Assembly (NCBI GenBank): GCA_009995385.1
Contig: JAACPT010000002.1
Coordinates: 759-64,758 of the forward strand
DNA: 64,000 bases
Reading direction: 5' to 3'
Origin: Candidatus Parcubacteria bacterium
GTDB taxonomy: Bacteria; Patescibacteriota; Minisyncoccia; Phycocordibacterales; UBA918
Part shown: positions 1-15,000 of the stretch, one piece after another
Position numbering within the stretch: the first letter of the stretch is position 1
How the letters are laid out: each line of letters opens with the position of its first letter
Program-made: the position numbers and the translations under genes
Notes under the pieces: model-generated
What the model was told of the DNA's origin: nothing
Databases searched by the model: none
What the model saw: only the letters and a program-made list of their open reading frames with translations

Positions 1-3000
1 GACCATTGTTAAAGGATATTGGACCAACGGTTGGATCAAATGCCAGCGTGAGTTCTGGAAGTTTTGCGTATGAATCTAATGTGGAGCCACCATCAGTAAC
101 TCGGAAACAGTACGCATCATTGACAGCATTAGTAGTCAGTTTAATTACATACTCAAGCTCAATGTATTTATTTTGATCAACATTAATTGCTGTTGATTGA
201 TTACTGGTATCAGCCACAATCTGACCTGGTACAAAGGCACCTGCAGCGGTGAGCAAATGATCAGTAGTCGGACTGCCAGTAGTGACATTTGCAGAGGTAG
301 TCATGCAGATTGCGGACGTACCACAACTAGCGAGGTTCGGTACTGCGGTAAATGAACCACTAGTAACTGCTTCACAACTTGGTGCAGCAAGTTTCGGCGC
401 AAACTCCAGGCGGAAATTTTGGTTAGTAATCGGCAATCCTGTATTTTCAATACCAATACGAAGTCGAGCGGTTTCATCAAAGAGGAAGCCACCGGTTGGC
501 GTATTTTGCGCAGCTGCCCAACTTGCGCCCCCTTGTAACTGTTCGGCACCGAGATACACCACTGGTTGCGTCGCGGTACGTGGCCACGAGATGTAGCTAT
601 CCCAGCCGCCATTTTGACCCCAGAAGGTAAAGCCAAACCCACCACTGGTGTATGTACTATCGGTCGCAGACGTCGTTGCTGCCAGAGATCCCGTAGCATC
701 AAAAACAGCCACATCAATACTGTTATTTGTCTGCCAATCTATCTCAATCTCGTACCATCCAGTTACAAGACTGATGCTAGAGGAAGCGAGTACTGTTCCT
801 GTAGAATCAGTATTTTGCACATTTTCAACTAATGAAACTCGGTCAGTTCCAAATTGCTCTAGACAGACACCGTAATTCTGATTTGCTGTTACTGGCGATT
901 GTACAGCAAACAATGTACAGACTTCATCGGCACTGCCAACGGTGGTATCTACATATTGCATATAGCGGATGATCTCACCTTGAGAAATCGTGAAATCAGT
1001 GCGTCCGATTCCATCAGTTGTTTTGTCATTTGGGTTTGGAGAGGCGTACAGACCGTAGCCACCACCATAGGCGAAGGTGCCAGTGGTGCCAAATTTTGCA
1101 GTATCACCCGAATACTCAGTGAGGTTGTTATCATCAAAATCATCATACGCATTGAACACATCACTGATCTCGCTCGTGGTCGTTGCCGTATTATTACCGT
1201 AGTACAAGTAGAGTTCAGTGACAGTATCAGCATTCATGGTTGGAACTTTTACCCAGAACTGTGCAGCAGTTGCCGTCGTGTATTGCTCGCGCCAATAGCT
1301 GAGTGTTGTCGTCCCACTAGCATCAGTGAAGCGAACGTCATCAAAATCAGTTTGCATATCAGTGTCATAGGCAACTTCAACTTTAACAGCGACATCAGTA
1401 TAAGTGGTAGCGTCTTCGTTGACTACTCGTACGCGCTTTCGAGCAGCCCAATTTGAATCAAACCAAGTTCCTGGTGCTGCACCTTCTCCACCGTCGTCAT
1501 TACGCCAACGATAGGTCGCTTGTTCGGTGAGGAGACACTGACTATCATCCCAACGAATCGAACTACAATCATCAGTGCCATCGACGTCGTATGATTCTCC
1601 CCACAAGTTGCCGCTAGCGCCTGTAATAAGCCAACTGTTAGTCGTAGTAGCATCAAGAGAGATGTTTGTTCCAGCTACAAAGCCACCAGTAGCAAATCGA
1701 GTATTAGTAACCACGAGAGAAGCATTAGTGTTTAGTGCTGTGGAGACTAGCGTAATAAGTGTTGCACTATCACTTGCTTGTTCAAAATCACCCAGGGAAA
1801 GAGAACCAATTGTAGCTGTACCAAGTATTTGTAACCCATCAGCGTCTAGGTTGCGGAAGCGATAGTATTCAGCGTCAAATATCCCCGCAGAAGCGGTAAA
1901 CGTATATATACCAGTACCTTGGTTTGACACAGTACTAGTACTGTTAGCCGATCCAAGCATATGGAGAGTACCACCATCGACTGTCACCGTCGATCCACCA
2001 GCAATTGCTACCGACGCCGCCCGTGGTGATCCACCAAGCGCTGCGCCATCAAAGTCTGTTGCGTAGCTCCAATGTTCCGTTGTAGTAGCAATGTGGTAAT
2101 CACCAAAGATATACAAGCTACCGTTCACCGCGTTATGATCTTGTGAATACAGAGAACCAGAAGACGCGACAATAGTTGTCGTGGCTGAAGAATTCCACAT
2201 ACTAATATCAGTGTTTGTGCCCACTTCCAGAATGTTATACCGTTCAGTTGCAACTGCTTTACCACTGACCTCGTACTCGGTACCACTACCTAGTACCACT
2301 TGTGTACCGTTCCAGTTTGTTGCCGTACCGCCTACGTTGTTTGTAAATACTCCACCGATATATAAGCGGGTACCGGAACTCATGGTGAATGAACTAGCCG
2401 CAGCAAGACTAAAATTATTGGTCGTGGTAGCGTTGTCGACAATCGTCCAACCACCATTCACACTACCAAAGACGACGTCATAAAGATCATTTGTACCAGT
2501 ATCAATAAATTCTCCTGTGTTAGCAGAATTAAAGAGGAGTGTACCGTTACTTGAAATAAAGGTACCACCAGATACATCAAATGATCCACCAACTGACACT
2601 GTACCAGTTCCTACCGTCAGTTGACCACTCTGAAGGAAGAGGTCACCAAGAAATGCTGCCCCTGCATCAGTCATCGTGTAGTCCCCAGTACCAGCAATAA
2701 TTTTAAGATTATTTAATGTATTACCTTTTAGGGTAAATAGGTTACCACCACCCGTACCAATGAGATTGACTGAACCTCCAGCGTGTACGACAGATCCCTG
2801 CACAATAAAGTTATCTCCTACAGTCAGTGTTCCCGTCGGTAGGGTCACCGTACCAGCACTAACGGTGAAGGAATTAGTCGTCGTCGCGTTAGTATCAGCA
2901 ATTATCCAGCTTCCACCAGTTCCATTAAAGCGTACCGTTGCAGTATCTGAACCATTGAAGCGAACAACGTTACCAACGTCAGTTGCGGTAAAGTACAACA

Positions 3001-6000
3001 ATCCACTATTGGCGACAAAGCTTCCGCCGGTAATATCGAATGTACCACCAATTGTTGTCGTCGCACTTGGTAGTGTGACCGAACCAGCTGACTGTATATA
3101 ATCTCCAACTACCAACAACGCCGGATCAGCCACTGTCCAACTTCCAGCACCAGTGAATGACAAGTTATAGAAACCTGCATTATTACTGTCTATAGTTCGT
3201 GCCGTACCTGTAGTAGTGAAAGTAACCGTCGATTGTGCTGGAGTAAATACCGCACCAGTACCAGTAAGAAGGCTGCCACCAATAGAATGTACTTGACCAT
3301 TAGCCGCCGTAAAGGTTGCGCCGGCTCGTAATTCAAGTGTTCCATCATAATCAGTTCCAGCACCTCCACCAGAAACAGTAACATTTCCACCAGGAGTAAA
3401 CTTCTTATTATTCCAGACAATAAGCTTTGTGTTTGCTGGAAGGACAAGAGTATTAGTACCAGCAGTCTCCGTATTGAAAAGGATATCTGCATCATTATCA
3501 CTATCCCAAGTACTCATGTCAGCAATGGTCATCGGGGCACTACTTTCATGGGTAAGGATGACTCGATTTTCATAGAGATCAAGACCACTAATTGAAGAGA
3601 CCGGGTCTTGGGTAACGGTCACTGCTTTTTCTGATTCACCTTTAATGTACACCGTAAGTGTGTTACCAACTCCGTACCCAACACCAACAAAACTGTAAGC
3701 GCCAGTACCGACAGCACACGTCGTAGAAGCAAACGTTAAACCTTGAATACTTAACCACACATTCTTGGTAGTACCATCACACGCCGCCGAAGCAGTAACC
3801 CCTTCATCGCTATACACTGCTCCTGAAATATTAATAATTGCGGCAGAATCTTCCCAAGTAAGGTAACCAGGATCGCCGGCGGGATCAACGTCCTTTGCCT
3901 CCCCACCGAGATTTCCCTGGACATTCACAAAGCGCCAGGCACTAGCACTCGTTCCCGTCGCCGTGACATTGTACGCATTGATGGCGGTAGTAGTAGCCAT
4001 TCGAATATCGGTAAAGTTGAGCGCCGGATTAGCGGTAATCACACTACCACCAACAGTCATCGTCGAGCCATCTGCGATAGCTACTTCGAGATCGCCATGG
4101 GAAAGGTTGAGAATATGTGGTGCCCCAGTGAATATAAGACCAGCACTGGTTGTATCGCGGACTACATAGTTACTCATTTCGACTTCTGTATCACCACCAA
4201 TAGTAAGTTCGTATGTTCCAGATGTTTGTGCCGCTATCGTCGTAGAAGCTGAACTGGTACCTATAATATAGAGGGAACCGCTTGGGTACTGAGCTGTCCC
4301 ACCTGCTTCAATGTAGACTGAAGCCTGTCGTGGTACACCAAGAGAAGCACCATCAAAATCTGTAGCGTAGCTCCAATAATCAGAGTACCCTTCATTGACA
4401 TAGTCACCAAAGATATAGAGCTCTCCCGTAACGTCACGATGATTCATTGAGTACAACGAACTCACTCCATTGGTAGTGACGACAGTGGTAGTTGAGTTCC
4501 AGAGACGTGGGTGAGTGCCGCTCGCGGTGACGATAGTGTCGTATGTGTCACTAGTTGTTTTAGTGTTCATCACGAATGCAGTTCCACTATAGAAACTAAG
4601 TGTAGTATCGGTCCAAGTGGTACTGTCATCAGTCATAGTATTACTAAAAGCACCACCTACCGCTAGCGTCAGTCCCGGATTAAGGGTGAACGAACCAGTC
4701 GTAATTGTTAGATTACCAGTGGACGTAGCATTTTCAGTCACCGTGTACGCTGCAGAACCGAGCACGTTGAGCACCGCGAATGGAGAATCGCCTGCTGTAA
4801 TTGTTGCAGATCCACCAACTTTTGAAAAAGTAACGGTACCGCCATTAGCGTTGAAAATACCATCATTTTCCCAGTTTCCATTAACTGTCAGTGTTTTATT
4901 ATTACTAGCTTCGAGTGTACCAAGAGAACCAATAAGTACATTATTCCCAACTGAAAAAGTAGGATCGTTTGTATTGGCATTTAGAGTAGAGGTACCTAAC
5001 ACACCAATAGTTAAGTTGTTGAGTATCTGCAGTCCCGTAGTCGGCGCCGTGGCAGTCACCGTACCACCACGATCAGTGTCAATCACAACATTGTAATATG
5101 GAGTTTGTTTGATATTTGGAGTTGTCCCACTGAAGCGGATAGTACTCATATCTTCAATGAACGTACCTGTCTCGACAAATACATTGCCATTTCCTTGTAA
5201 ATCCCACAACGAATTACCTGCGGCAAGGAAGTGTGCGGCAGCGATGGTGAGTGTGCCACGAACTGACGTCGTAGCAGTACTAGCCGGCGTCGTGATACCA
5301 GCCACCGCACCACTACCGAGAGTTAGGTTGTTAAACGTCCAAGGGCGCATGCCACCTAAAGTATTGGTCTTTTTGAGCAATGTCGTCCCACCAGTGAAAT
5401 CAACTGTTCCATTACCAGAGAATGAGCCATCATTGATAGTAACATTTGCTACCCCTGAAACAGTACCAGTGGCTACTAAAATACCCGTTTCAGAAATCAA
5501 TGGTGTTTGAATTGCCCAGTTACCACCAACACCAGTAAAGGAGACGTCATATAAAGTAATCGTTGAACTAGCGGCTGCACCAATTGATTGCCCTGGATTT
5601 GTGGCCGTAAAATCTACGGTACTAGCAGAACCAGAAAACGTCGCTCCCGTTTCTAGATAGAGTGAACCACCAATCGTGATGTCATCGGAACTATGCGCTT
5701 GCAATATACTTGACTGTTTGAGCAGCAACGAACCATCGGCGGGAGTACTACCAGCGCCGAGAAGCGCAACCGCACCACCGGTAGTAAATGTTTTATCGTT
5801 CCAGATGACTAATCCACTACCTGATTGTACAGAAAGTAAATCAGGTACTCCGGTTGCTGCTGTAAATGGTAGGTCACTGTCATTATCATGGTCAAATACC
5901 ACCATGTCAGCAATAGTGAGAGCATCCACATTCTCATGACGAACGATTACTCTGTTTTGGTAGAGATCCATGTCACTGATCGTGTCAGCTACAGACACCG

Positions 6001-9000
6001 CCGCTGGTCGAAGGGCAAACTGCCCGACGTTGACATCATCAACACTACCATTAGTCATAGTAGCATCGCTAGTTGCACCAGCAGAAACCATAGTACGTCC
6101 CGACACGGCTAGCAGTCGATTATTAATCATGACGTCTTGCGCCAACGTCAACCAAGGACTAGCTGGCATATCCATAGCATTATCATCAATCACATACCAT
6201 GAAGCTAATACATAGGCACCAGGTGTCACCGTGTTAATACTTGGAGCCGTTGGTGAAGAAACATTCTGGAGATTACTCCACACTGGTGTTACATCAAAGA
6301 CGTTTGTCGCATCAACCCCACTGAATGAGCCAATCCAGTAGGAGAACTCTTCGACTCCGTCGTCATTGCTAATGAAGCTGTACGATACTGGCTCACTGCC
6401 TGCATTAGTTACAACGTGATACCAGACACCGGTATACATCGCGTTTCCAACGCTTTGAATAAGGTCATCCCCTTGTGTCCAGCCACCTGGCGGCGTTACA
6501 ATGAAATCATCCTCCTTACCAAGGATTGCTACCAGCACATCACCATTTTCAACTGCCGGTCGATTGATATCAATTGCTGCAGCCGCCGCTACTGTGCCAT
6601 AGGCATTTTTTTGGTCACGCAGTGCAATGGTGTTGTACGGTGAACCGCTATTACCAATCGGTGTCTTGGTAACTGCGGCGGCAACCATTGAGCTCGAACC
6701 CGTCGGACCAGTGGACGGACGGAACGCAAATTGCCCAACGTGTGATTCGCGCGTAGCAATGACACCACTCAACGACACATCACCAGTCGCTCCAGCAGTC
6801 AGCATTGATCGCGAAGATACAGTAAGATTACCACTTTCAGGATTAACAATATTATTTGCTCGATCGAACCAGTTATACACTGGCGCAACCACCTGTGTAT
6901 CGAGGTAGGTATACCACGCTGATAGCACTAGCGCTCCATTGGTAACAGTGGTGATACTTGGTGCTGTTGGTTCAAACTGATTTTGTACCTTGGTCCACGT
7001 ACTGGCAACATCAATCGGTGTGACGGTGTCGACATTGATGAGTGCACCCATCCAAAAACTAAACCCTTCGCCGTTGTCAGCAGTAAAGTTGTACGTCGTC
7101 GGTTCCGTTCCAGCATCAGTGACCACACGATACCAAATGCCCGTATCAATCTGGTCACCAGTGGTATTTCCAAGGGTGTTTATTGCAGTCCACCCAACCG
7201 GAGCAGTAATCAGTGGATCATCATCCTTACCAGCAATAAGTACAAGAACTGAACCGTCGACCACACTTGGTCTATTGACTGTCATCACCACCCCAGCAAC
7301 AGTACCTGTACCAGTAATCTCATCGTATATCTGCACATTCGTTTGCGGTGTCGCCGCTTCACTGTTGAGGTAAGTAACAATCTGTGGTTCACCAGTGTAA
7401 GAAATACCACTGACAGAGAAACTACCATCAAGCGGATTACATGAAGCAGTATATGTTGTCATTCCATCAAGCACGACAGTTACGACTTCGGTAGAACCGT
7501 TACAAACAGGGTATGTCGCCGGAGTGACCCCGTCATCATTGTAGACTGTCCCTGAAATAGTGACGGAAAAATTACTGTCATCCCACTGGATTGATCCTGG
7601 ATTACCGTCATCATTATCATGTTCTTCTCCATAGAGATTTCCAGTACCGCCTGAGAAAAGCCAGAAAGTGGCGGGAACACCGTCAGTCGTAACATTGTAA
7701 GAGAAAGTTTCAGCCGAACTCGTCGCGTAGAATGAGGTGGCATCCGTGAAGTTACGATATTCAGCATCAATGCGATTAGCCGAAGGTGGCGTGACTGAGA
7801 AGCGAAGTTCATCAATATCCATGTCTCCGTACGTAGTGGTCTGATAGGCACCAATTCGCAAGCCAGTGTTAGTTGGATTTTGAGCACTAAGTAACTGAGT
7901 CACTGAGTCACGCAGTATATTGTCTTCATATATTTCACTAACCTCTCCAGCAGTGGCGCGTCCTATAGTAGTAAAGTGATGCCATGAAGCAGCATTTCTC
8001 GTGAAGGAGTAGTCGGTACCACTAGTCATACCAAAACGGAAGTACCCACGAGTCGTATTGTTATACCAGGGCATAAAGGAAAGGTACGTACCATTATCAC
8101 TGCCACTACCATCGCCAAATTGCCAAAGCGCACTGGTATCAAAGTTAGCCATGCGGTACAGACCTGAAGAGACAAGGTCATCACCAGGGGTCCAGGTCCA
8201 GGTAAGGTTTTCTAGTTTAACATTGTTAGCCGCGGTAGTATCAAGCGCAGTTCCGACTAATCCAGTCGTAGTAGCTGGAGTACCACTTGTTGGGAACAAA
8301 TTATGACCGTTCCCTGTCATGTCGGTGATACTAATAGTAGGATTTTCATTAAAGTGGTACACCGCTTCATAGTTCGCCCAGACTGCCTGTCTACCATACT
8401 GATTAGTAGCACCATACGCGGCAGCAGCTGGATTATTAAAATGAATATAAAAGACGGTATTAGCAGTATTACTAATGGCTGAAGCAAGAAAGTACAATTC
8501 TCCAGTTTTAGTAGTAGTATTAATCTCCACTAAATCTATTGGCAGTTCAACACCACCGTCAGTGGTGACACGGATATCTCGACCATCGCTTTGTACCCCA
8601 TTCCAAAACGCTGTACCAAGATGTGAAAGATTTACATACACTGGGTAATTTACGAGATCCTCATTTACCGCATCGGCATCAATCGTAAGCACTATCTGAT
8701 CACTCCACGCTGGTTCATAAATACCGTTTGCAGTAGTAGTCGCAAATACGATGTTCGTAAATTCTGACGATGGTTGAGTGTTAACTGTAGCAGCATCGAC
8801 AGTGATACCACTCCGACCTCCTGCAACACCAAATTCAACGGCAGTGAGTGTATTCACCGTCGTGCCATTAGTTAGGGACAATCCTTTTGGACCCATATCG
8901 GTAAAAGATGCGTACTCCGTATTGAGCGTTCCCGCGTTTACCGTAAGCGAATAAATACCAGAAATTGCTGCCACGGTAGTAGTTGCACCCGCAGCACCCT

Positions 9001-12000
9001 TTGCCACCAGCGTAGTGCTAGTTGCTAGATAGATACTTGCGCCTCGACCAATTTCAACACTTACTGTTCGTTCACCGCCACCGACTAAACTGGTACCGTC
9101 AAAGTCTGTATCGCGACTCCAGTATTCAGTACCACTAGTACGTTCGTAGGCACCATAAATCCTCAAGGTACCATTTACACCATTAAAGTCTGGCATATAG
9201 AGAGAAGAAGTGTCCCTAATAGTTGAAGTACTAACGCTCGAATTCCACATGACAAGGTCTGAATCATTAGATACCACCAGTGTCGCGTAATCGTCACCAA
9301 AGTCAAGACGGTTGGTGACCGTGTAATCGCCACCTGAAAGCACTAATATACTATCATCCCAAGTTGTTGCAGCTTCATTAAAACTATTCCTAAAGATTCC
9401 CGCTACCGTGAGCATTGTCCCCGGTGCTAGAGTAAAATCAGCACCCGTAATGAGGGTAGCGTCATTGAGAACAGTCGTCGTCGCTATAGTCCAGCCACCA
9501 CCGACACCATTGAAACTCAAGTTGTAAAAGGCACCATCTCCGAAAGCAACAGTTTCGCCAACATCAGTACTATTAAACGTGGTAGTGGCATTGTTTGGAT
9601 TATACGAACCATTGCTATTAAACGCTGAACCACCGATTGAGAAATTGCTACTTGGTGCCACCAGATTAGCGTAGTAAATCTTCACATCACCAGTAGCGAC
9701 AGTAGTAGCTTCGTCAAGTGTGTATGAAGGCACCACCTCTAGATATGATTGCGTCGAGGTGCTGTAAAAACTCTTGACGGCAGTGAGGTTACGATATTCG
9801 GTCGTTATCCATTGCTGACTGCGAGTAGTACTAGCAAAGCGCAGTTCGTCAATCTTGATGTTCATGTACGTTCCCGCAGTGTATCGACCGAGTTGCAAAC
9901 CAGTGTTGGTCGGATTTTGTGCCGGAACAGTCTGGAGTACTGAACCACGAAGGATACTATCTTCAAAAATTTGATTAGCTTGTCCAGCCGTCGCTCGACC
10001 GTTAGTAGTAAAGTGGTGCCAAATTGTCCCATTACGTGAAAAGGTGTACGTGTCAGCCGTGGTGACACCAAAACGGTGATATCCAGTGGTCCTTGTATAC
10101 CACGGCAGGAATGCCAAGCAGGTACCATTGTTCGCTCCACAGACGGTACCAAACTCCCAAAGTGCTCCATCATCAACTGCACTTTGGTAATAGAGACCAG
10201 ATGAAACAAGATCCTCACCTGCTGTCCAAGTCCAACCGGAATTACCAACCATGACGTTACCACCAGTGAGATCAAGAGCGTCACCAACTAGACCGACGGT
10301 GCTGACTGGCGTACCAACGAGTGGCGATAGATTCCTTCCATTACCAGACATATCAGGTACACCAGTAGTTGGGTCTCCGTTAAAGTGATACACCGCCTCA
10401 TACTCAGTCCAAACTGCGTTGGCGCCATACACGCTATCAGTGGCAGGCGCCTCGGCGGCCGCATTATCAAAATACACATAGAAGGTAGTGTCGACTACTG
10501 GTGACAGTGATGGTGCTAAGAAATGAAGCTCTCCCGTTTTGAGACCAACACTAATATCTACTAGGTCGATTGGTAGTTCTGTCTTACCATCGCTACTGGT
10601 CATGCGAATGTCTCGACCATCCACCGCAACCTTCGCCCAGAAACTATTACCCATAGTGCTGAGGTCAAGATAAACAGGAAAATCGGTAACCATTCCCGCA
10701 ACTGAAGTAGAAGCTACTTTGATCACCATTCGTTCTCCCCAAGCCGAGTTGTACCAGCCAAACGCTGGGTCATCATTTCCAAAAATAACGGTATTGAATG
10801 ATGAACCCTTCGTAGAGATACTTTCACTCTCTACTGAAGTGAAATGAATAGTCCCCGCATTGGCATTGAATCCTCCAGCGTTTACATCCAAGAAACCACC
10901 GACCGCTAGCACTCCAGTTGGGAAGACCACCGTACCGTTATTAATAGTGATGTTATTACTGGTAGTTGCGTTGCTATCAGCAAATGTCCATGAGCCACTA
11001 CCATTAAAGACTACGTTATATAACCCGTTGTAAAATTCCGTACCATGTAATTCGATAGTTTCTGCAGCAGTACTGTTAAAAGTAACTTGCCCATTATTGT
11101 GCATGAAGTATCCATTGTTTGTGAGCGAACCACCGATGGTAAGCACTCCAGTTGGAAACGCTACGGTGCCCGTCGCGATGGTGAGATCATTAGTAATTGT
11201 CACTGATGGTTCAGTGAAAGCAGGTGAAGTAGTCGCATCATTAAATATCAGGTTGTAGAACGGTGAACCACCAGCATCAATCCTATGTGAGGCTTCATCA
11301 ATTACTACATCTGGTGTGTATGATTGCACCGAACTTGTTGCATAAAATACCGTCGGTGTTTTTTGGTTGCTATATTCTGCCTCTACCCAATCACTGGTGC
11401 GGAGCACCGTACTAATACGCAATTCGTCAATTTGTGCTTGAAGAGAACCACCAGTGCCTTCTCGACCGACTTGGAGACCAGTCGCTCCGTTGTTGTACGG
11501 GTTTGCCACAGTCTGAGTAACACGTTCAACTTCAATCGAGTTTTGGTACACCAGATTGTCCTGACCAGTGGTGGTAGCACCAATGGTAGTGAAATGGAGC
11601 CAATTAGTAGTATCTCGAGGTGACTGTGCATACGTAGCATTAGCCGTTACTCCAAAGTAATGGAGTCCGTTGGTCGTCTGATACCACGGTCGGAACTCAA
11701 TACTATTCGGCGACGCAGCAGTTCCCCATTGCCACAGTGATTCATTACTAGCGGCTGGCATCTTGTACCAACCAGACGTGACTAGTGGATTACCAGCCGT
11801 CCAAGTAAAGCCAGCGTTACGCAAGATACCAGTTGAACCAATCAGGTTAATGCTTTGCCCTAATTGACCAGTAGAAGTTGCCAGGCCAGCCACTTCTACC
11901 AGTAGGTGGTTACCATTAGTGGTGGCATCATACACATAACTATCGACCGCGGTCGGATCGTCAACGAAGTGGTACACCGCTTCGTATTGGGACCATACTG

Positions 12001-15000
12001 CCTGACTACCATACGTATCGGTAGGATAGTATGCAGTAGCAGTAGCATTATTAAAATAGATAAAGAAGTAGGTGCTAGTCGCACTATCAACGCTATTAGT
12101 CAAGAAGTGTAACTCTCCTGTCTTGGTGACAGCATCAATGGCAACTAGATCATACGGCAGTTCAGTCTGACCATCTCCACTAGTGATGCGAATATCTCGA
12201 CCATCACTATGAACACTGTTCCAGAAATCATTACCAAGTGTAGAGAGGTCAATATAGACCGGGAAGTTGGTAAGCACACCAGGAATCTCAACTGGATTAG
12301 TTTCAATCATCAAACGACTGGTGAAATTACTATCTGCATACCAATCTTGTGAACCAGGCACAGTTGGTGGATACGTCCGATCATCATGTATCAGTTCTAC
12401 AGTGCCAGACTGTGCGCTAAAGATGCCATTATTTTCCCAATCCCCTGCTACATATATAGTTTTTCCAGAGGTTCCATTCAAACGATCATTAGTACCAATC
12501 CGAATATCATACGCACCGACATTAGTGAGAGCAGTCACGTTCGTGGAAGCACCATCAATTAGTACATCACCGACTTTCTGAGTGATTAAATTATCATCTC
12601 GCCAAGTCTTCGCGCCGGCACCATCAAAAGAGGTAGTTCCTAATCCTAGCCAAAAACCTCCCGTACCAGTAGTGAGATTCCCCGCTAAAGAAATTGCGAG
12701 CCCACTACGATCAAGTGTACCGCTAGCTACCGTAAGACTACCAGAAAGATCGAGACCCGCAGAAAGCGTAAAGACAGCATCACCTGCCCCACTACCAAAA
12801 CTAAGTGTGTGAAATACTAGTGGGCTTTCTGTGCTTGAAATTGACTCCGTGCCTGTGGCAGCTGTGAAGTTGATGGTGGCAGTATCGATAGATGATGTCG
12901 CATTGTTCTTCCATGAGCCGGTGACGATGACAGTGTTTGAATCAAGTTCAATCGTCCCGTCATTGATTACGTCGTGAGTAGTAACACTGGTACCACCCGC
13001 CGCTGCCGGTATGTATGTATTTCCAGGACCAATATAGATACTCGCATCACTACAAGCACCAACACTACAGACCACCAAATTATTAAAGGTATCAACATTA
13101 TAGAAAATATCTTCATCACCAGAAGTGAGATTGTCATATAAACCAAGTGACGCGTTGGTGACAGTCTCTTCTTCATCAGCAGAGATTGAGAGATGTTGCT
13201 CGAATAGTTCAACTCCAGTAATGTCTCCTGTTCCGTCATAGACAAAAACTCCTACTGCTTCTTCAGACTCTGTCGCTCCATCGACCCAGACAGTTACCGT
13301 GTCACCAGAAAAAGCGGTGATGTTACTCAGCGTCCACGAACCAGCAGCTACGGTCGCTGATCCTCCTACTGGAGTACCATTTACCGCTGCTCTAATAGTA
13401 CCAGTAGCAACAGCAGTGAGACGATCATATTCCTTGAGCGTTCCTGACATATTAACTCCCTCACTCCACTCCAACTGCCAATCATTGATCTGCGGACAAT
13501 TCCCCCCCGAACAAGTCAGTGTTGCAACTGGACGAATGACTGGGTAGATATTTATATCGACACTTGTAAGGTCAATTGGACCAACAGAGGTACCAATACT
13601 ATTGCCTGGAATAATACTATTTGGAATGAGTGCATATATCCCAGGAGATACTTCGTACTCCATCTGGTAATAGACATCACTCACTCCTGGAGTACTGTCA
13701 TTCCAAGAAAAATTATCATATTTTGGACCAGCGCCATCGGTGAAAATAATATTTTCACCCGCAACAGTCCCCGAGAGTCCGCTGGCAGCATATCGTTTCA
13801 AAACACCCGAGGTGTTTTCAAAAGCAAAAGCAAGTATTCGCTCAATTGTGTGCGCACGATCAGCAGGAACGTCTTCGTCAATAAATGGATAGTAGTTATT
13901 AGTAGTCGGAATGGTTGCCGCATACAGACCGGCAAAACCGCCTTGTCCTCCTCTTTCTGAACCCTGTTGCACCAAGACTACTTCTGGCGCGCTAGAGAAA
14001 GGACTGAAAAAAGCCTCAGCAGTAGCTGGAGCTTCATCGTGCACAATCGCTGACACGTCAGCATCAAACTCACTGCCGTTGTTAGTACCATGCCCAGGTG
14101 CCATTACTATATAATCAACATCTTCAGGATCATGGATTGCCGTCTGCATACCACGTGCCAGATAGATACCCATACCACTGGCAGTTGGTTCATTGTTTCG
14201 TATATTTCCGTCGTTAAGACCGACTACCGCCCAGGTACTATCGTTATCGGATGAGATAGTTGCGACTACCGCTGGTGCAGCAGCAAAAGCGGGTGAAAAA
14301 GTAACATCTTCTCCATAACCACTGGCTGGATACGGATTTGCTACCACATCACTTACATTTGAAAAAGTGTTAGCAACAATTCGTTTGCCGGTACTACCAT
14401 CCTCGAGCACCCAATCACCACGTTCCACCACTAAGTAGTCAACCACCGTACTGCCCGTCGCGAGCCCTGCCGAATTGGTTACCAAAAGTTCAAAGGAAGT
14501 CGCTGTTTTATTACGAACTCGAGCGGAACGCGAAATGTCTCCAAGCGGGGTGTACCGTACTGAAGCGACAACGACAGGATTATTGTAAATTGACTGCAAG
14601 TCTATAGTGGTCCAAGTACCGTTTGTTACAGTTGTTTTACCGAATTCGCCGACTTTATCATTAACCACCACGGCATCAGCGGTTGTTGCAATCGTTCCAT
14701 TTAGCGTACCCTCTTCGAATTGCTCTTTCGTAGTCTGGAACCAGGTTGATACCGTAAGTCCCGTATCGACAGTGAAGGAATCTGGATTAGACCACGGTGA
14801 CCAACTATCGTCGCCGTTTGGATCTTTTGCGCGCACGCGCCACCAGTAGGTTTCGGTATTAATAAATGGGCTGCCCACCTGCGTAGTATAGGTGACCGTT
14901 GCACCAGAGGTAAACGGAGAGGCGTCACCTCCATTACCTGAATTAGCAAATCCTGCACTGGAGCTAGAATTATAAGTACTTGAACCAGTCAAAAATGTTT

